The notes: a model not told the origin generated them from the sequence alone. Shown: positions 8,236 to 18,381, numbered from the stretch's first letter. The stretch is 64,000 nt of DNA from an uncultured virus (IMG/VR IMGVR_UViG_3300009152_000002) (IMGVR_UViG_3300009152_000002); one strand, 5' to 3'. Translations and numbers: made by a program.

Positions 8236-8526
8236 ATGTCACATCACCTCAAATTCCTTTCAACACATCCTCCTTTTCGCGTCAATGACCTCTCCAAGGT
8301 TGATCTAATCCGTAGAGAGCTGCGTGCTATTATCGAGCACCAAGATAGCCTCCACATTATGGATGCAGACATTGGTTTAGATTCTGCTCTTTATGAGGTT
8401 CTTGAAATCTTGGATGGTTATCTTGATTACGAGCCATCCGATGATGACACGGGAGGCGAACCACCCATGACACTGACTGAAATGCACGCAGGTGCATGGA
8501 AACAACATGTTGCAATGCACTCCTAA
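8236..8526 (+). CDS. Hypothetical protein
   Basis: 96-aa acidic ORF in the array. Confidence 0.6.
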   Translation: MSHHLKFLSTHPPFRVNDLSKVDLIRRELRAIIEHQDSLHIMDADIGLDSALYEVLEILDGYLDYEPSDDDTGGEPPMTLTEMHAGAWKQHVAMHS

Positions 8527-8531
8527 TTACA

Positions 8532-8834
8532 ATGACTAACCCAGCAACTAACGATTACATCGACTGGCTTTTTCAAACCAACGCAGGCCGCACCACCATG
8601 TCCCACTACGTCGCCCTCGTCGCCGATGCCACCGGTCGCTACGCCACTGTTTATGTTCCAGGAAGAACCTGGGACAACGTAGTAGATCAACTAGAAGATA
8701 TTGGCTGTGAGGTTATTGAAAACCAAACAGACGATTACGAAGTAGAAGATTTTAAAGATACAGAATCTATGAATGAGGTTGGTCTGTGGACCCTCAATGA
8801 TTTAATTAACAAGACTAACTTCGTTCCTCACTAA
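8532..8834 (+). CDS. Hypothetical protein
   Basis: Acidic ORF in the array. Confidence 0.55.
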   Translation: MTNPATNDYIDWLFQTNAGRTTMSHYVALVADATGRYATVYVPGRTWDNVVDQLEDIGCEVIENQTDDYEVEDFKDTESMNEVGLWTLNDLINKTNFVPH

Positions 8835-9002
8835 CACCATATGGCACATCACGTTTATACGGTCCGTCTGCCTAACAAGCTGTTAACGGGCCTTTTTATT
8901 AACTATGTTGACGCTGTCGACTGGAAAGACATCATGGATGGTGAAGACACTGTCCTAATCCATGTAGATCACGACACGTACAACGCGCTATCAGCGCTTG
9001 AC

Positions 9003-9053
9003 TAACGTTTACTAACACGTACCTACAACCTGTTAACGTTCACTAACACGCAC
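9003..9053 (+). repeat. Direct repeat TAACGTTYACTAACACGYAC (x2) upstream of the PcfJ-like gene
   Basis: 9003-9022 and 9034-9053, two mismatches. Confidence 0.55.
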
Positions 9054-9066
9054 AACTACCATCACC

Positions 9067-10779
9067 ATGGAATTTTTTCTACCGCAAAACCTTCAAACTC
9101 AACTCATCTCTTACGATCCCACTCTCAAGAAACTGGCTCGTACCACAAAGACAGCATCTAAATCAACCAAGCCCAAGTTTCCACTAGGCCAACCTTACGA
9201 CATTATCCCCGCCAGTGTGATCAAGACTTCACTGGTGCAAGATGCAATTGACCTAATCAATGGCGAACCTGTACAAAACCGTATCCACGAGTTCAAGAAA
9301 ATCGTAGGTGTTCTTGATGAAGCAAAATCAATCACAACTGCAATTCTGTATCACTACGAATCCTGCTGGTATGCCGCATGGCTTCCCCCAAGGGGTCAAG
9401 AAGGTGAGTATGTTTACGGTTACGCCTACGCTTACAAAAATACAGATACTGCCAGGAAAATGGTTCCTCACCGTGTAAAGGAGAATTTAGATAACTGCAC
9501 TCTTGTAACGTATGGTCGTTCTGAGTTTATTACCTATCAAGAACAAGTTACTAAAGAAGCAATCATTGCTGGCAACAGCAGAGGTAATTGGGTACTTCCA
9601 GATCTTTCTTGGAGCAAAGGAAGAAACATTCGAGACGCAGCCAGCAACTTTGTAACATCACTGAAGAAGACAATCCCAATATGGGAGGATCATTCTGGCA
9701 TAAACATCTTTCAACGCTTAAAAGATGTCAGCTGGATTTCACTGTTAGATCTTGACAGCATGTTTGATAGTGAACTTGAACCTACATGGAAACCATCTGT
9801 TGAAAATTTATTTAAAATTATTGATAGTTCCGTTCATCACTCAGGTTACCAATTTTCTACATATAAAAGTTATGCAAAAATCCGCCACATTATAGATAAG
9901 CCATTCTTTCGTAAATGGATTCAAGTCAACTGTGATGAATGCATTGAACGGTTTACTGATACGGAAAATAAATCACGTAACTACGTACGTCAGCCATGGG
10001 AGCAGATTGATTCCCTTTTTGAATCAATTGTTTATATAAACGAAATCTGGCCTGATTGCCCTATTGATTACTATCAGTCCCACGTTGAAGAATTAACTTG
10101 CCTTTATTCTTTGGGTAATACTCTTCCTTGCACAGATCAATGGCTTCGAGAAAACATGCCAGTTGCGTCTTTCTTCCACATGCTTGCAAAGTTCATGGCA
10201 GAAGAAAATCAGAAACCGGTAGGAATACGTAATATCGATTCACGCACCGGACTTACACGCCATTACTTTACAGACTGGAGGGATACAACAGCAATGATTG
10301 GCAGGATTGTAAGTGCAGACAAAACCCTAGCAGTGCCAAAAAGGTGGCGCCTTACTGAATTCCACGATCATGTACAAGCAGAAGCGTGGAAAGTTGAACA
10401 TACCAACCAAACTATGCCACAGGATCTGTTCCCAGCTCCAGTAAAAGTTCAGGTCGGTGAGCAAACATGGACGTTTCTTCAGCCTATTGATCTCCACCAG
10501 TTAGCTGCTTGGGGCAAAGCCGTACGTAACTGCGTTGGTAATGCCTCACATTACGCTAACGATGTCAAGAAGAAGAAACATTTCATTGTTCTTGCCATGG
10601 TTGATCACAAACCAGTGTTTACAATCCAACTGGAAGTAGACAACGGCATGATGAGCGTCAAGCAGGTTAAAGGTGTAGCTAACCGATCACTATCTGATAG
10701 TGAAAAGGATACTTACACTGAAGCATTTGGTGCTGCTTTAAAGAAGCGGAATGAAGAATTAGTTTTAAACCCTGCGTAG
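9067..10779 (+). CDS. PcfJ-like domain protein
   Basis: C-terminal EFHDH...LAAWGKAVRNCVG...TIQL...QVKGVANR pattern. Confidence 0.7.
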   Translation: MEFFLPQNLQTQLISYDPTLKKLARTTKTASKSTKPKFPLGQPYDIIPASVIKTSLVQDAIDLINGEPVQNRIHEFKKIVGVLDEAKSITTAILYHYESCWYAAWLPPRGQEGEYVYGYAYAYKNTDTARKMVPHRVKENLDNCTLVTYGRSEFITYQEQVTKEAIIAGNSRGNWVLPDLSWSKGRNIRDAASNFVTSLKKTIPIWEDHSGINIFQRLKDVSWISLLDLDSMFDSELEPTWKPSVENLFKIIDSSVHHSGYQFSTYKSYAKIRHIIDKPFFRKWIQVNCDECIERFTDTENKSRNYVRQPWEQIDSLFESIVYINEIWPDCPIDYYQSHVEELTCLYSLGNTLPCTDQWLRENMPVASFFHMLAKFMAEENQKPVGIRNIDSRTGLTRHYFTDWRDTTAMIGRIVSADKTLAVPKRWRLTEFHDHVQAEAWKVEHTNQTMPQDLFPAPVKVQVGEQTWTFLQPIDLHQLAAWGKAVRNCVGNASHYANDVKKKKHFIVLAMVDHKPVFTIQLEVDNGMMSVKQVKGVANRSLSDSEKDTYTEAFGAALKKRNEELVLNPA

Positions 10780-10804
10780 TAAATTACTACTTTTTCCAAA
10801 CACA

Positions 10805-11152
10805 ATGACTAATCAACACCCAATCACCCCACCGCCTGAGCTGGTGCAGCAGTGGCGTGAAGAATCAAGCACAGGTGAGCTTCACTTTTCCCCGCAATAC
10901 TTAGCTACTCAAGCCGCCCGCTGGGGCGCCGACCAGGAGCTGGAGGCGTGTTGTGGATTTATTGGATCTGAACACAGCGTTGCTTGGAGTCACAAACTCC
11001 GTACTAGCCGCCGCCCCAAGCCGCCGAGCTTGAAGGAGCAGGCGCTGGAGGCACTGGAAGTAGAAGACGATGCAATGCCTCTTAGGAGCTTGGAAAGAAG
11101 CGAACGCTTTGATACCATTCGCCGCGCACTGGAGGCATTGCCCAATGACTGA
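10805..11152 (+). CDS. Hypothetical modular phage protein
   Basis: ITPPPELVQQW...ARWGADQELEAC...IRRALEALPND. Confidence 0.7.
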   Translation: MTNQHPITPPPELVQQWREESSTGELHFSPQYLATQAARWGADQELEACCGFIGSEHSVAWSHKLRTSRRPKPPSLKEQALEALEVEDDAMPLRSLERSERFDTIRRALEALPND

Positions 11153-11360
11153 CCTCTCCCCCGCAGCGCAGGCAGTGCTGGATGCTTATAAAAACGTTCC
11201 AGACTTGATGCTTGACGGTGATCCTGACGAAGTAGAACGGCGCCTTGGTTTAGCCGCCGCCTTTCGCGCTGCTGCTGGTTATTTATTTCCAAAAGACACA
11301 GCACAGCAGTGTTATGACCGCATCCTCGCCATCGCCGCTGAGCTGGAGGCCCATGACTAA
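11145..11360 (+). CDS. Hypothetical modular phage protein (LSPAAQAVLDA family)
   Basis: Paralogous to 18755..18988 and to the C-terminus of 18975..19382. Confidence 0.7.
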   Translation: MTDLSPAAQAVLDAYKNVPDLMLDGDPDEVERRLGLAAAFRAAAGYLFPKDTAQQCYDRILAIAAELEAHD

Positions 11361-11829
11361 CCACGTTCCCAACGATCTCAGCCACCTCAGCGAGGAAGAG
11401 TTCAATTCGCTTTGCCCGCAAGGTAAACACGCACCAGGGCCAGCCATGACTGACTTCCGCGCCCTATGCGAAGAGCTTGTCGATGCCCTTAAAGACGAAA
11501 ACACCTACACGATAAGGATTGAGCTGATTGATCGCGCCCGCGCCGCCCTGGCTGAGCAGCCGGTGGTACCCACGGATGAAGACCTTTACGATTTAGCTGA
11601 GGTGTTTAACGGTGAGCCGGTGCCGGTGGGCGAGCGGCTGCCAGGGCCGGAGGATTGGGATTCGGAGGGGAGGTGCTGGATGTTTGATCCTTGTGACCGT
11701 GGATGGTGGGCTTACCGCCCAGCCCTTCCCAGTGATGACGAGATAGGGCGCCCCCCGTGGACCCACTGGCTCCCCCACTGGACGCTGCCGGTGCCCACAC
11801 CCGTCAACGCCCGCTGGGGGCAGTCATGA
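11353..11829 (+). CDS. Hypothetical modular phage protein (AEQPVxPTDE...ARWGQ family)
   Basis: Shares modules with 18378..18758. Confidence 0.65.
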   Translation: MTNHVPNDLSHLSEEEFNSLCPQGKHAPGPAMTDFRALCEELVDALKDENTYTIRIELIDRARAALAEQPVVPTDEDLYDLAEVFNGEPVPVGERLPGPEDWDSEGRCWMFDPCDRGWWAYRPALPSDDEIGRPPWTHWLPHWTLPVPTPVNARWGQS

Positions 11830-11920
11830 CTGACACTCGCATGATCCAAGCATTTGCCATTGGCTTTCTTTGTAGTCCACTCACCTGGATAGCAATTCAT
11901 CACTTACTGAACTACAAACA

Positions 11921-12634
11921 ATGACTGACTTTGCCGCACTAACCATTGCTTCAAGCAACAAGAAGACCGGACCAATTGCTGTATCAACCACGTCTAGGAA
12001 TAACTGTGCAGACGGTTGTCCTTTCAAAGGTGATGACGGTTGCTACGCCGAATCAGGTTACTACACTCGCCTGCACTGGGACCAAGTCACAGATGGCAAG
12101 CGAGGCGTACCTCCGGAGGAATTCATCAAGCAGGTATCAAAACTACCTGCTAACCAGATGTTCCGCCATGATGTAGCTGGAGATCTTTGGAAAAATCCAG
12201 AGAACTCCAAGCAAATCTACTTCCCTTACCTAGAAAAGCTAGCCAAGGCTTCTTCTCATTTATATGCTGCTTGGACCTACACACATCATACCCTTGAAGG
12301 TATTGATGGTGCCAGGAACAAGCAAGCAATCTTTGATGTTGAACAATACAAATTCATTGTCAACATCTCTACAGAATCTCTAGATGTAGCTGCCAGGTTA
12401 CAGAAAGAAGGGTTTATGGTCACTGTCGTTCAACCTGAAGGTGGTCCAACTGCTTTCAGACACGACGACGTTCAATTCGTCCAGTGCCCAGCAACCCTTC
12501 CAGGCTCAGAGATCACCTGCCAATCATGCGGTGGTCGCAGAGGCAAACCCCTCTGTGCAACCATTCGTAAAGTTGTCGTCGTCTTTCCTGCCCACGGCAG
12601 TAGAAAGAAGAAGGCAGCCGCACACTGTTCCTAA
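11921..12634 (+). CDS. Cys-rich conserved phage protein (Gp88-like)
   Basis: SSNKKTGPI...CxxxCPF...GCYA, FRHDVAGD, WTYTH, CPA...CxxC...C...FPAHG. Confidence 0.6.
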   Translation: MTDFAALTIASSNKKTGPIAVSTTSRNNCADGCPFKGDDGCYAESGYYTRLHWDQVTDGKRGVPPEEFIKQVSKLPANQMFRHDVAGDLWKNPENSKQIYFPYLEKLAKASSHLYAAWTYTHHTLEGIDGARNKQAIFDVEQYKFIVNISTESLDVAARLQKEGFMVTVVQPEGGPTAFRHDDVQFVQCPATLPGSEITCQSCGGRRGKPLCATIRKVVVVFPAHGSRKKKAAAHCS

Positions 12635-12643
12635 CCACAAACA

Positions 12644-13006
12644 ATGGAACAACAACCTCAATTTTTTATCTACAAAAACCGTAACAAAACACTCGTAAAA
12701 ATCTTCATGAACAACCTTGATTGGGAAGCAAACAACAGCAGCCAAGATCTTGCTAACCAAGATAAGCTCAGCATGGAACAGCTTCGTGCCATGCAGCTCG
12801 TCGCCAAGATGAAAGAAGCAGCAGACCGCTGTGGGGCTGGCTTCGTTGGAGGCTTCATTTCACCCGCAGGACAACGATTCATGATGTCCAACGTGGACAG
12901 CGACGACGTGCAGATGCAAGCTATCAACGCTCAGCTGGACGCCATGCAAGATCAATGTCTCTTCGAACTCATGCAAGACTCAGATGGAGAAGAGCTGATC
13001 GGCTGA
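12644..13006 (+). CDS. Hypothetical protein
   Basis: GAGFVGGFI motif; start uncertain. Confidence 0.6.
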   Translation: MEQQPQFFIYKNRNKTLVKIFMNNLDWEANNSSQDLANQDKLSMEQLRAMQLVAKMKEAADRCGAGFVGGFISPAGQRFMMSNVDSDDVQMQAINAQLDAMQDQCLFELMQDSDGEELIG

Positions 13007-13041
13007 GGCTCACGTATAATCCTGGTAACTTCCTCAAAATT

Positions 13042-13257
13042 ATGGACCACAACCTTACGCTCGGCACAATCGTCGAGTGCATCGATCAGTTGATCGCAGA
13101 CCCGACTTTCATCAATGAACTGGCGGGAGAAGACGAAGGATTCATCGAAACCGTACTGGATTTCTTTGCTCGCCTTGAAGAACAATTCACGCCAGTGGAA
13201 TTCATTGAGGAGGATCCAATCTTGTGGCGAACAGCCCAAGATGCAGAGACTGACTGA
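13042..13257 (+). CDS. Hypothetical acidic protein
   Basis: Internal ATG of ORF 12955..13257. Confidence 0.55.
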   Translation: MDHNLTLGTIVECIDQLIADPTFINELAGEDEGFIETVLDFFARLEEQFTPVEFIEEDPILWRTAQDAETD

Positions 13258-13300
13258 TTAGTAAAACTTATGCGGCATCCCACAAAGTATAAGTCCGCAA

Positions 13301-13561
13301 ATGTCCACTTGCACTTCACAAATGAACACTCCGTTCATTCCTGCCGATCAGCTTCAACGCATGATCACCAACCAGCTGTTTCAAGGACTAAAGCAAGGAC
13401 CAGGTGCTGCACCGTTTAATCCAGTGCCGTACCAGCTTCACCAGATCCAAAGCCAAATGCAGGCGCAAACCATTGCAGCGCCTACACAAATCATCACTCC
13501 AATCAACCCTCCAGGAATCATTCCTCCTGTACCACACAACAACCTTCCCGGTTGCTACTAA
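13301..13561 (+). CDS. Pro/Gln-rich hypothetical protein
   Basis: ORF followed by a terminator. Confidence 0.5.
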   Translation: MSTCTSQMNTPFIPADQLQRMITNQLFQGLKQGPGAAPFNPVPYQLHQIQSQMQAQTIAAPTQIITPINPPGIIPPVPHNNLPGCY

Positions 13562-13573
13562 CCACTAACCAAC

Positions 13574-13607
13574 GCCAGGTGGATCAAACCTTCCACCTGG
13601 TTTTTTT
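13574..13607 (+). terminator. Intrinsic terminator
   Basis: GCCAGGTGGA...TCCACCTGGT followed by a T run. Confidence 0.75.
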
Positions 13608-13972
13608 GTACACACAAACCAAATGAGCAGCCTTGAACGATCTCAACAGTTCTGGAAGATCTACATTAAAGCCAAACCAATCATAAGAAATATTTATGAA
13701 TGCAGTTCTTTTCTGGTCTTTCTTATGTCCTTTGAGCAAGCGTACAAACTTAAGACCTTGTCCGTCGTCAAACCCTGGCAAATAGCCCGGTTAGCCGAGA
13801 AAAGCCCCAAACTTATCAAAGCCATAAGCAAGGTAGCAAAAGTCTTATGAGACTCAATGTAACTTAATGTTTCCTTTCCTGCCAGGGTTGGGAACCAGGC
13901 TAGATTTATAGCTCAGTTTCCAGTCCTGGCAATGGTTTTCACCGATACAACGCACTGCACTCGTACAAGTTT

Positions 13973-14179
13973 ATGCCGCTCATAATGAAGTACGGGAAAG
14001 AGAGAAAACCAGTGGAAACCACCATCGCAACCAAGAATTCAACCATGGCCTGGGCTGTCCTTAGCAAGGCCGTAAACGGTCGCAGCGAAGTCATTAAGGT
14101 GACAAACTGTGACGATGCTGACAAGACCGTACAAGAGAACCCTGGGGTGTTCTACAAGTCCGGACCCTTCTTCCTGTAA
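13973..14179 (+). CDS. Hypothetical protein
   Basis: ORF ending YKSGPFFL. Confidence 0.5.
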   Translation: MPLIMKYGKERKPVETTIATKNSTMAWAVLSKAVNGRSEVIKVTNCDDADKTVQENPGVFYKSGPFFL

Positions 14180-14203
14180 ACTAAATCAACCCAACAAAAC
14201 TCC

Positions 14204-14446
14204 ATGAAGCTTCCGATCACTACTTGGATCGTAATGATGCATCACCAGGAAGCAGGAACATTTGCTCCGGCTTTTTCTACCCTGGATGAAGCGGAGGAGT
14301 TTTCCAATGCAATGCGAGCCACAACTGAAGGCTTTGCAATAGCCGAACCAGTTCCTATGGTGCCTTCAACTCCTGTTCACTCCAGGGGTTCAGCTCCGTA
14401 TTACCTTCCAACACTTGAAAAGCTTGAGGGATTACTGGATCGTTAA
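14204..14446 (+). CDS. Hypothetical protein
   Basis: PAFSTLDEAEEF pattern typical of small phage proteins. Confidence 0.55.
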   Translation: MKLPITTWIVMMHHQEAGTFAPAFSTLDEAEEFSNAMRATTEGFAIAEPVPMVPSTPVHSRGSAPYYLPTLEKLEGLLDR

Positions 14447-14470
14447 TCACTATTAAAAAGCTAAGAGGAA

Positions 14471-14498
14471 GGTGTTATCCTATGGGTAGCACCTTTTT
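14471..14498 (+). terminator. Intrinsic terminator, repeated at 14913-14939
   Basis: GGTGTTATCC-TAT-GGGTAGCACC followed by TTTTT. Confidence 0.7.
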
Positions 14499-14538
14499 AT
14501 TGCACCAATTATAATAAAATTAACTTATAAACAGACTT

Positions 14539-14901
14539 GTGAGATTTGCTGGACAGCTTCCTGCTTACTACAACCAACAGTATGCAGAAGGCGGTAATCC
14601 TGCATCATTTGATACATCTTCTTTGCCTCAGCAATTTGGTGATGTAGCTGGTCTTGCAGCACGTGCTGCAGCACGTGGAGGAAAATTTGCTGAATCACAA
14701 GCTGGAAGCTTACCTAGTCTTGGTTCAATTCAACAAAAAGATCCAACAAACAGTTGGGCAATGTCTGCAATCGAAGCAGGCGGTAGGTTCTTTCCACACC
14801 TTGGTGCAGCCTGGTTAGGAATCAATGCCGGACCAACTTCAACGCAAGACACATTAAAAACAAATCCTTATTACCAGCAGCAGCAGCAACAAAATCGTTG
14901 A
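14539..14901 (+). CDS. Hypothetical protein, moron-like cassette
   Basis: TATAAT at 14510-14515 upstream; duplicated terminators on both sides. Confidence 0.6.
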   Translation: MRFAGQLPAYYNQQYAEGGNPASFDTSSLPQQFGDVAGLAARAAARGGKFAESQAGSLPSLGSIQQKDPTNSWAMSAIEAGGRFFPHLGAAWLGINAGPTSTQDTLKTNPYYQQQQQQNR

Positions 14902-14912
14902 TATTGATTGGG

Positions 14913-14939
14913 ATGCTATCCTATGGGTAGCATTTTTTT
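14913..14939 (+). terminator. Intrinsic terminator
   Basis: ATGCTATCC-TAT-GGGTAGCAT followed by a T run. Confidence 0.7.
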
Positions 14940-14943
14940 CAAT

Positions 14944-15195
14944 ATGGCAATCGTTGTATCAGTATCAGTGCCAGACGCACTCCATGAGAAGTGGAAGGCA
15001 TCTGGACTGGACATCAGCCCCTCAAGCCTCTTCCAAACTGCGCTTGAAACTGAACTAGATAAAAAGAACCGCCACCTGGTTTACTGGTCCGAACGTGCCT
15101 TGGCAGCAGAGAAGAAGCTGAAAACCATTGAGAACCTAATCAAAGCTTCCGACAAAGAAGTTAAGAAGTTCCTCGTGATTAACAGCATGTCCTGA
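14944..15195 (+). CDS. Ribbon-helix-helix protein, CcdA-antitoxin-like
   Basis: VSVSVPDALHEKWKASGLDISPSSLFQTALETEL. Confidence 0.5.
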   Translation: MAIVVSVSVPDALHEKWKASGLDISPSSLFQTALETELDKKNRHLVYWSERALAAEKKLKTIENLIKASDKEVKKFLVINSMS

Positions 15196-15251
15196 CAATT
15201 AACTTGTAAAGAATAGTTACAACTTAGAATTATTTGGTAAGACACAATTTT

Positions 15252-15443
15252 ATGTCAGACCAAACAAAACATCTTTACGGTCTAGAACTTACAAACGAAC
15301 AGTGTTTGGAAGTATCTGACCTAATGATACATCTGAAAGAAGCTGGCCTTCTTATGGACAAAGAAAACATTGGCATGTTTATGACCACATGTTTCTATCG
15401 TGGCTTAATGGAGTACAAAAAAGATCTTAAATTCGATGACTAA
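15252..15443 (+). CDS. Hypothetical protein
   Basis: Internal ATG of ORF 15234..15443. Confidence 0.5.
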   Translation: MSDQTKHLYGLELTNEQCLEVSDLMIHLKEAGLLMDKENIGMFMTTCFYRGLMEYKKDLKFDD

Positions 15444-16132
15444 TTCAATTCAGCTCATCAAGGATGTGTCGGGAGCCTACGTTGCTTACGACAATAACCG
15501 CACCATTTGCGCCACGTGGAACCGAGAGCATGCTCAAAGCGCTCTTGAATACCACATCAAAAGTTTAGATAATGGAACAAAAACAAAAGTTACAGGGAGT
15601 TGGGACAAATGACTAAAATTTTTGATGTTTCAACAGTTTACAAAGGTAAAACATTTAAAGAAGCTGTTTACGCTGAAACAGCTGACGAAGCTTTTGAATT
15701 TATCTTAAAGAAATATAACAAAGAAAGGATCGCCTCTGTAAGAGAAAGAAAGAATCCTTAAGACAATATAAACATCAAGAAAAACAATAGATTCTAATTG
15801 TAAACAAGTACAATTACACTCCCCTTGCACAAATAGAATCAATGAAAAATTGCAAAACACTTGCCTTTACAATAAGGCCGCCGCCAGGTAAGAATATATA
15901 GCTATAACCAATATATAAGAGTATATAAAAGTAACCAAACTAATAGTAAAAGGGCCGAGGCTTTGAACTCGGTTTTTTAATGGGCAAAAAAATGGGCCGG
16001 GGTACCACGCCCAGCCCACGTCACTTTGCACACACTGAGGTCAATTCACAAACCTCCTTTTCAATCTACCCTGTCCCTGCTAAAATTTGCAAGCAATCGG
16101 GCACCCGCCCGACGCACACACCCACTCTAACC

Positions 16133-16558
16133 ATGACATCCTTCAACTTCCAGTCCATCCAGTCCCTTGAGATTTCTGCTCAGGACAACCCAACTATCGA
16201 TGTTCGAGATGGTCATCTCGTACTGACTGCTGAACGTGGTCAGGAACGGATCATGATTACTGCCCCACTTCAGGGGATCATGCCTAAAGTGTCGGCCACC
16301 ACGGTTAAGAAGCCTAACCGCAAAGGTCCTAGTCCTTTGCTTGGTCGCAGCCTCCACAAAGGAGCTGACAACGGTATGGCAAAACTTAATGATGATTCAG
16401 TGCGCGAAATTCGTACACTTTTGGCAGATAAAAGTTTTGTTAAAAGTTACAAAAGTGTCACAGTAATGCACAAAGAAATTGCTAAGTCTTACAACGTTAG
16501 CCCTTGGGCAATTAAAAACGTAGCTGAAAACCTTAGCTGGAAGCACGTAATTATCTAA
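16133..16558 (+). CDS. Putative DNA-binding protein with the C-terminal HTH seen in HNH-family proteins
   Basis: KGADNGMAKLNDDSVREIR...EIAKSYNVS...SWKHV; no HNH motif. Confidence 0.6.
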   Translation: MTSFNFQSIQSLEISAQDNPTIDVRDGHLVLTAERGQERIMITAPLQGIMPKVSATTVKKPNRKGPSPLLGRSLHKGADNGMAKLNDDSVREIRTLLADKSFVKSYKSVTVMHKEIAKSYNVSPWAIKNVAENLSWKHVII

Positions 16559-16560
16559 AC

Positions 16561-16773
16561 ATGAAAACTTACAACGTTGTTATTTCTTTTGGTGATGGGC
16601 GTCCTTTTGGGACAACCATCAAAGCCAAAAACGGTCAAGATGCTCAGGATGCAGGCTTTAAGGCTTACCCTGGTGCCAGGCAAGTCCGCATTGCTGGCGT
16701 AGTAGCTGAAGACCGGCCACAAGTTTCGCTTCGACAGTTGATGTATTCTCATCCACTGTTTACGGATGTTTGA
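16561..16773 (+). CDS. Hypothetical protein
   Basis: 70-aa ORF in the array. Confidence 0.55.
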   Translation: MKTYNVVISFGDGRPFGTTIKAKNGQDAQDAGFKAYPGARQVRIAGVVAEDRPQVSLRQLMYSHPLFTDV

Positions 16774-16805
16774 CGCTAAAGTACCGTAAGAATTTACGGT
16801 ACCCC

Positions 16806-17033
16806 ATGTCTGACTCCAAAGTTGAGCGGAATGAAAAAGACGGTCTCGTTGTCATTATTGATGACGAGGCCAACCTTATGACCCTTGAATGGGACGATGA
16901 AACCCACCCCCAGTGGAACTTCTTGCGCGATCTGGGGGAAGAAGGGGTCACTGAACTGTTAACGGATTACTGCCGACTACTCCTTTCTGAACATGAAACC
17001 AAAGATCTACATGATCCTGAGCCAAGCAGTTGA
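16806..17033 (+). CDS. Hypothetical protein
   Basis: LEWDDETHPQWNFL pattern. Confidence 0.55.
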   Translation: MSDSKVERNEKDGLVVIIDDEANLMTLEWDDETHPQWNFLRDLGEEGVTELLTDYCRLLLSEHETKDLHDPEPSS

Positions 17034-17088
17034 AGAAGGCGTGAAGCGTGGTTACCGCCGCGCCATCGAGGCATTGCCCAATGACTGA
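16993..17088 (+). CDS. Short chimeric ORF ending in the EALPND module
   Basis: MKPKIYMILSQAVEEGVKRGYRRAIEALPND*. Confidence 0.5.
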   Translation: MKPKIYMILSQAVEEGVKRGYRRAIEALPND

Positions 17089-17266
17089 CTTCCTGAATCT
17101 CAAGATTTCTCAGAAACAAATTGTGTGTCCTAAACATGGCACCCACACCCAGTTCATCAGCAGCACCGTCGAAGGTCACGAAGGTCACTGGTGCATGTTG
17201 TGCTGGCTAGAAAGCCTTGGTCCATCACTTCCCACTGTTAGCGAACTGGAGGCATTGCCCAAATGA
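17081..17266 (+). CDS. Small putative Zn-binding protein
   Basis: CPKH...CMLC; ends LEALPK. Confidence 0.6.
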   Translation: MTDFLNLKISQKQIVCPKHGTHTQFISSTVEGHEGHWCMLCWLESLGPSLPTVSELEALPK

Positions 17267-17481
17267 CTAACATCAAACTTTACAAACTTGACGCTGCATT
17301 CGCACAGCTACAAGAGTTTGACTGCCTTGCCAAGCCTGATGAGTTCATCGAGCTGGTTCTATGGCGGAACGGCGAAGGCTTTGACACCCACCTAAGCAGC
17401 GGCACTGGCGAACAATCAATCAGGCTGACATGGGGTGAGTTCAAGGCACTGAAAAAACTCGTAAAGGAGCTGGACCAATGA
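17263..17481 (+). CDS. Hypothetical protein
   Basis: WRNGEGFD motif; ATGA overlap. Confidence 0.6.
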   Translation: MTNIKLYKLDAAFAQLQEFDCLAKPDEFIELVLWRNGEGFDTHLSSGTGEQSIRLTWGEFKALKKLVKELDQ

Positions 17482-17702
17482 CTGACTTCCCACATATACG
17501 TGCACTAGTTAATGGTGTAATTATCGGAGCTTTAATATGTATTTTAGGTTTTTATATGACAAAACCGACGTTACAGCCAATTACACCTGTTGCATCCAAA
17601 GGAATTTTTACTGTGATTGATCATTACAAGGGTTGTGATGTAGTTCAATACCAGTACGGCCTGCTTTCTGAGTATAAATACTTCTTGGACTGCAAAAAGT
17701 AA
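17478..17702 (+). CDS. Hypothetical membrane protein
   Basis: TM helix, then VIDHYKGCDVVQY. Confidence 0.6.
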   Translation: MTDFPHIRALVNGVIIGALICILGFYMTKPTLQPITPVASKGIFTVIDHYKGCDVVQYQYGLLSEYKYFLDCKK

Positions 17703-17705
17703 CAA

Positions 17706-18083
17706 ATGGGATTTGAAAATCTTCTCCCTAAGTGCCCTGCTTGTGGTGAGCTTGCCTTTCGTGTATTGGAAACAAGGCCGAGTAAGTTAGCCACGCGTCG
17801 TCGTAAAAAATGCGACAGCTGCGGCTACCGTGCCACAACCCATGAAGTCAGCGACGATTTCTTCCGGCAAGCAAAACAAAACGAATTGCTTGTTCAAAAA
17901 TTTCGGGGACTTCTTTTAAAAGATGAACTTCTTACCGATTCATCACCACTTCCAGTTGTAATGGAAAACAAATGCCCGGAATGTCAGTACAGTACTGGCA
18001 CCAAATGTGCATTTGATTTACCTGAATACGACTCAGGAGATTCTTTTGATTGCAACCTTTACAAATCTCTAGAAGATGTCTAA
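17706..18083 (+). CDS. NrdR-like N-terminal zinc-ribbon protein
   Basis: CPACG...VLETR...RRRKKCDSCGYRATTHE. Confidence 0.65.
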   Translation: MGFENLLPKCPACGELAFRVLETRPSKLATRRRKKCDSCGYRATTHEVSDDFFRQAKQNELLVQKFRGLLLKDELLTDSSPLPVVMENKCPECQYSTGTKCAFDLPEYDSGDSFDCNLYKSLEDV

Positions 18084-18381
18084 AGCCAAACCAATTGTTA
18101 AGTTTTGTGAAGGTGATCGGGTTGCCGAAAAGCCAAAGGCGACCTACATCCAGGTCAACAACCCAAAGACCCTGGAAATCATTAAGAAAAACCGCACCCA
18201 GCGGTTTGGTGCCGTGCTCAGTTACGTCTACCAGACCAACCGTAACGGTAGGAAGTCCCCGTACGTCAAAGTACAATGGGATCATCTAGAATCTCCCAGT
18301 CTCCATGCTCAATGCAGGCTGTGCCTGGAGTCTGAGCTAGATGAAGTCAAAGTTGATTACTGCAATTCGATTGTGCCATGA
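18076..18381 (+). CDS. Hypothetical protein, possibly SH3-like
   Basis: FCEGDRV...YVKVQWD. Confidence 0.6.
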   Translation: MSKAKPIVKFCEGDRVAEKPKATYIQVNNPKTLEIIKKNRTQRFGAVLSYVYQTNRNGRKSPYVKVQWDHLESPSLHAQCRLCLESELDEVKVDYCNSIVP

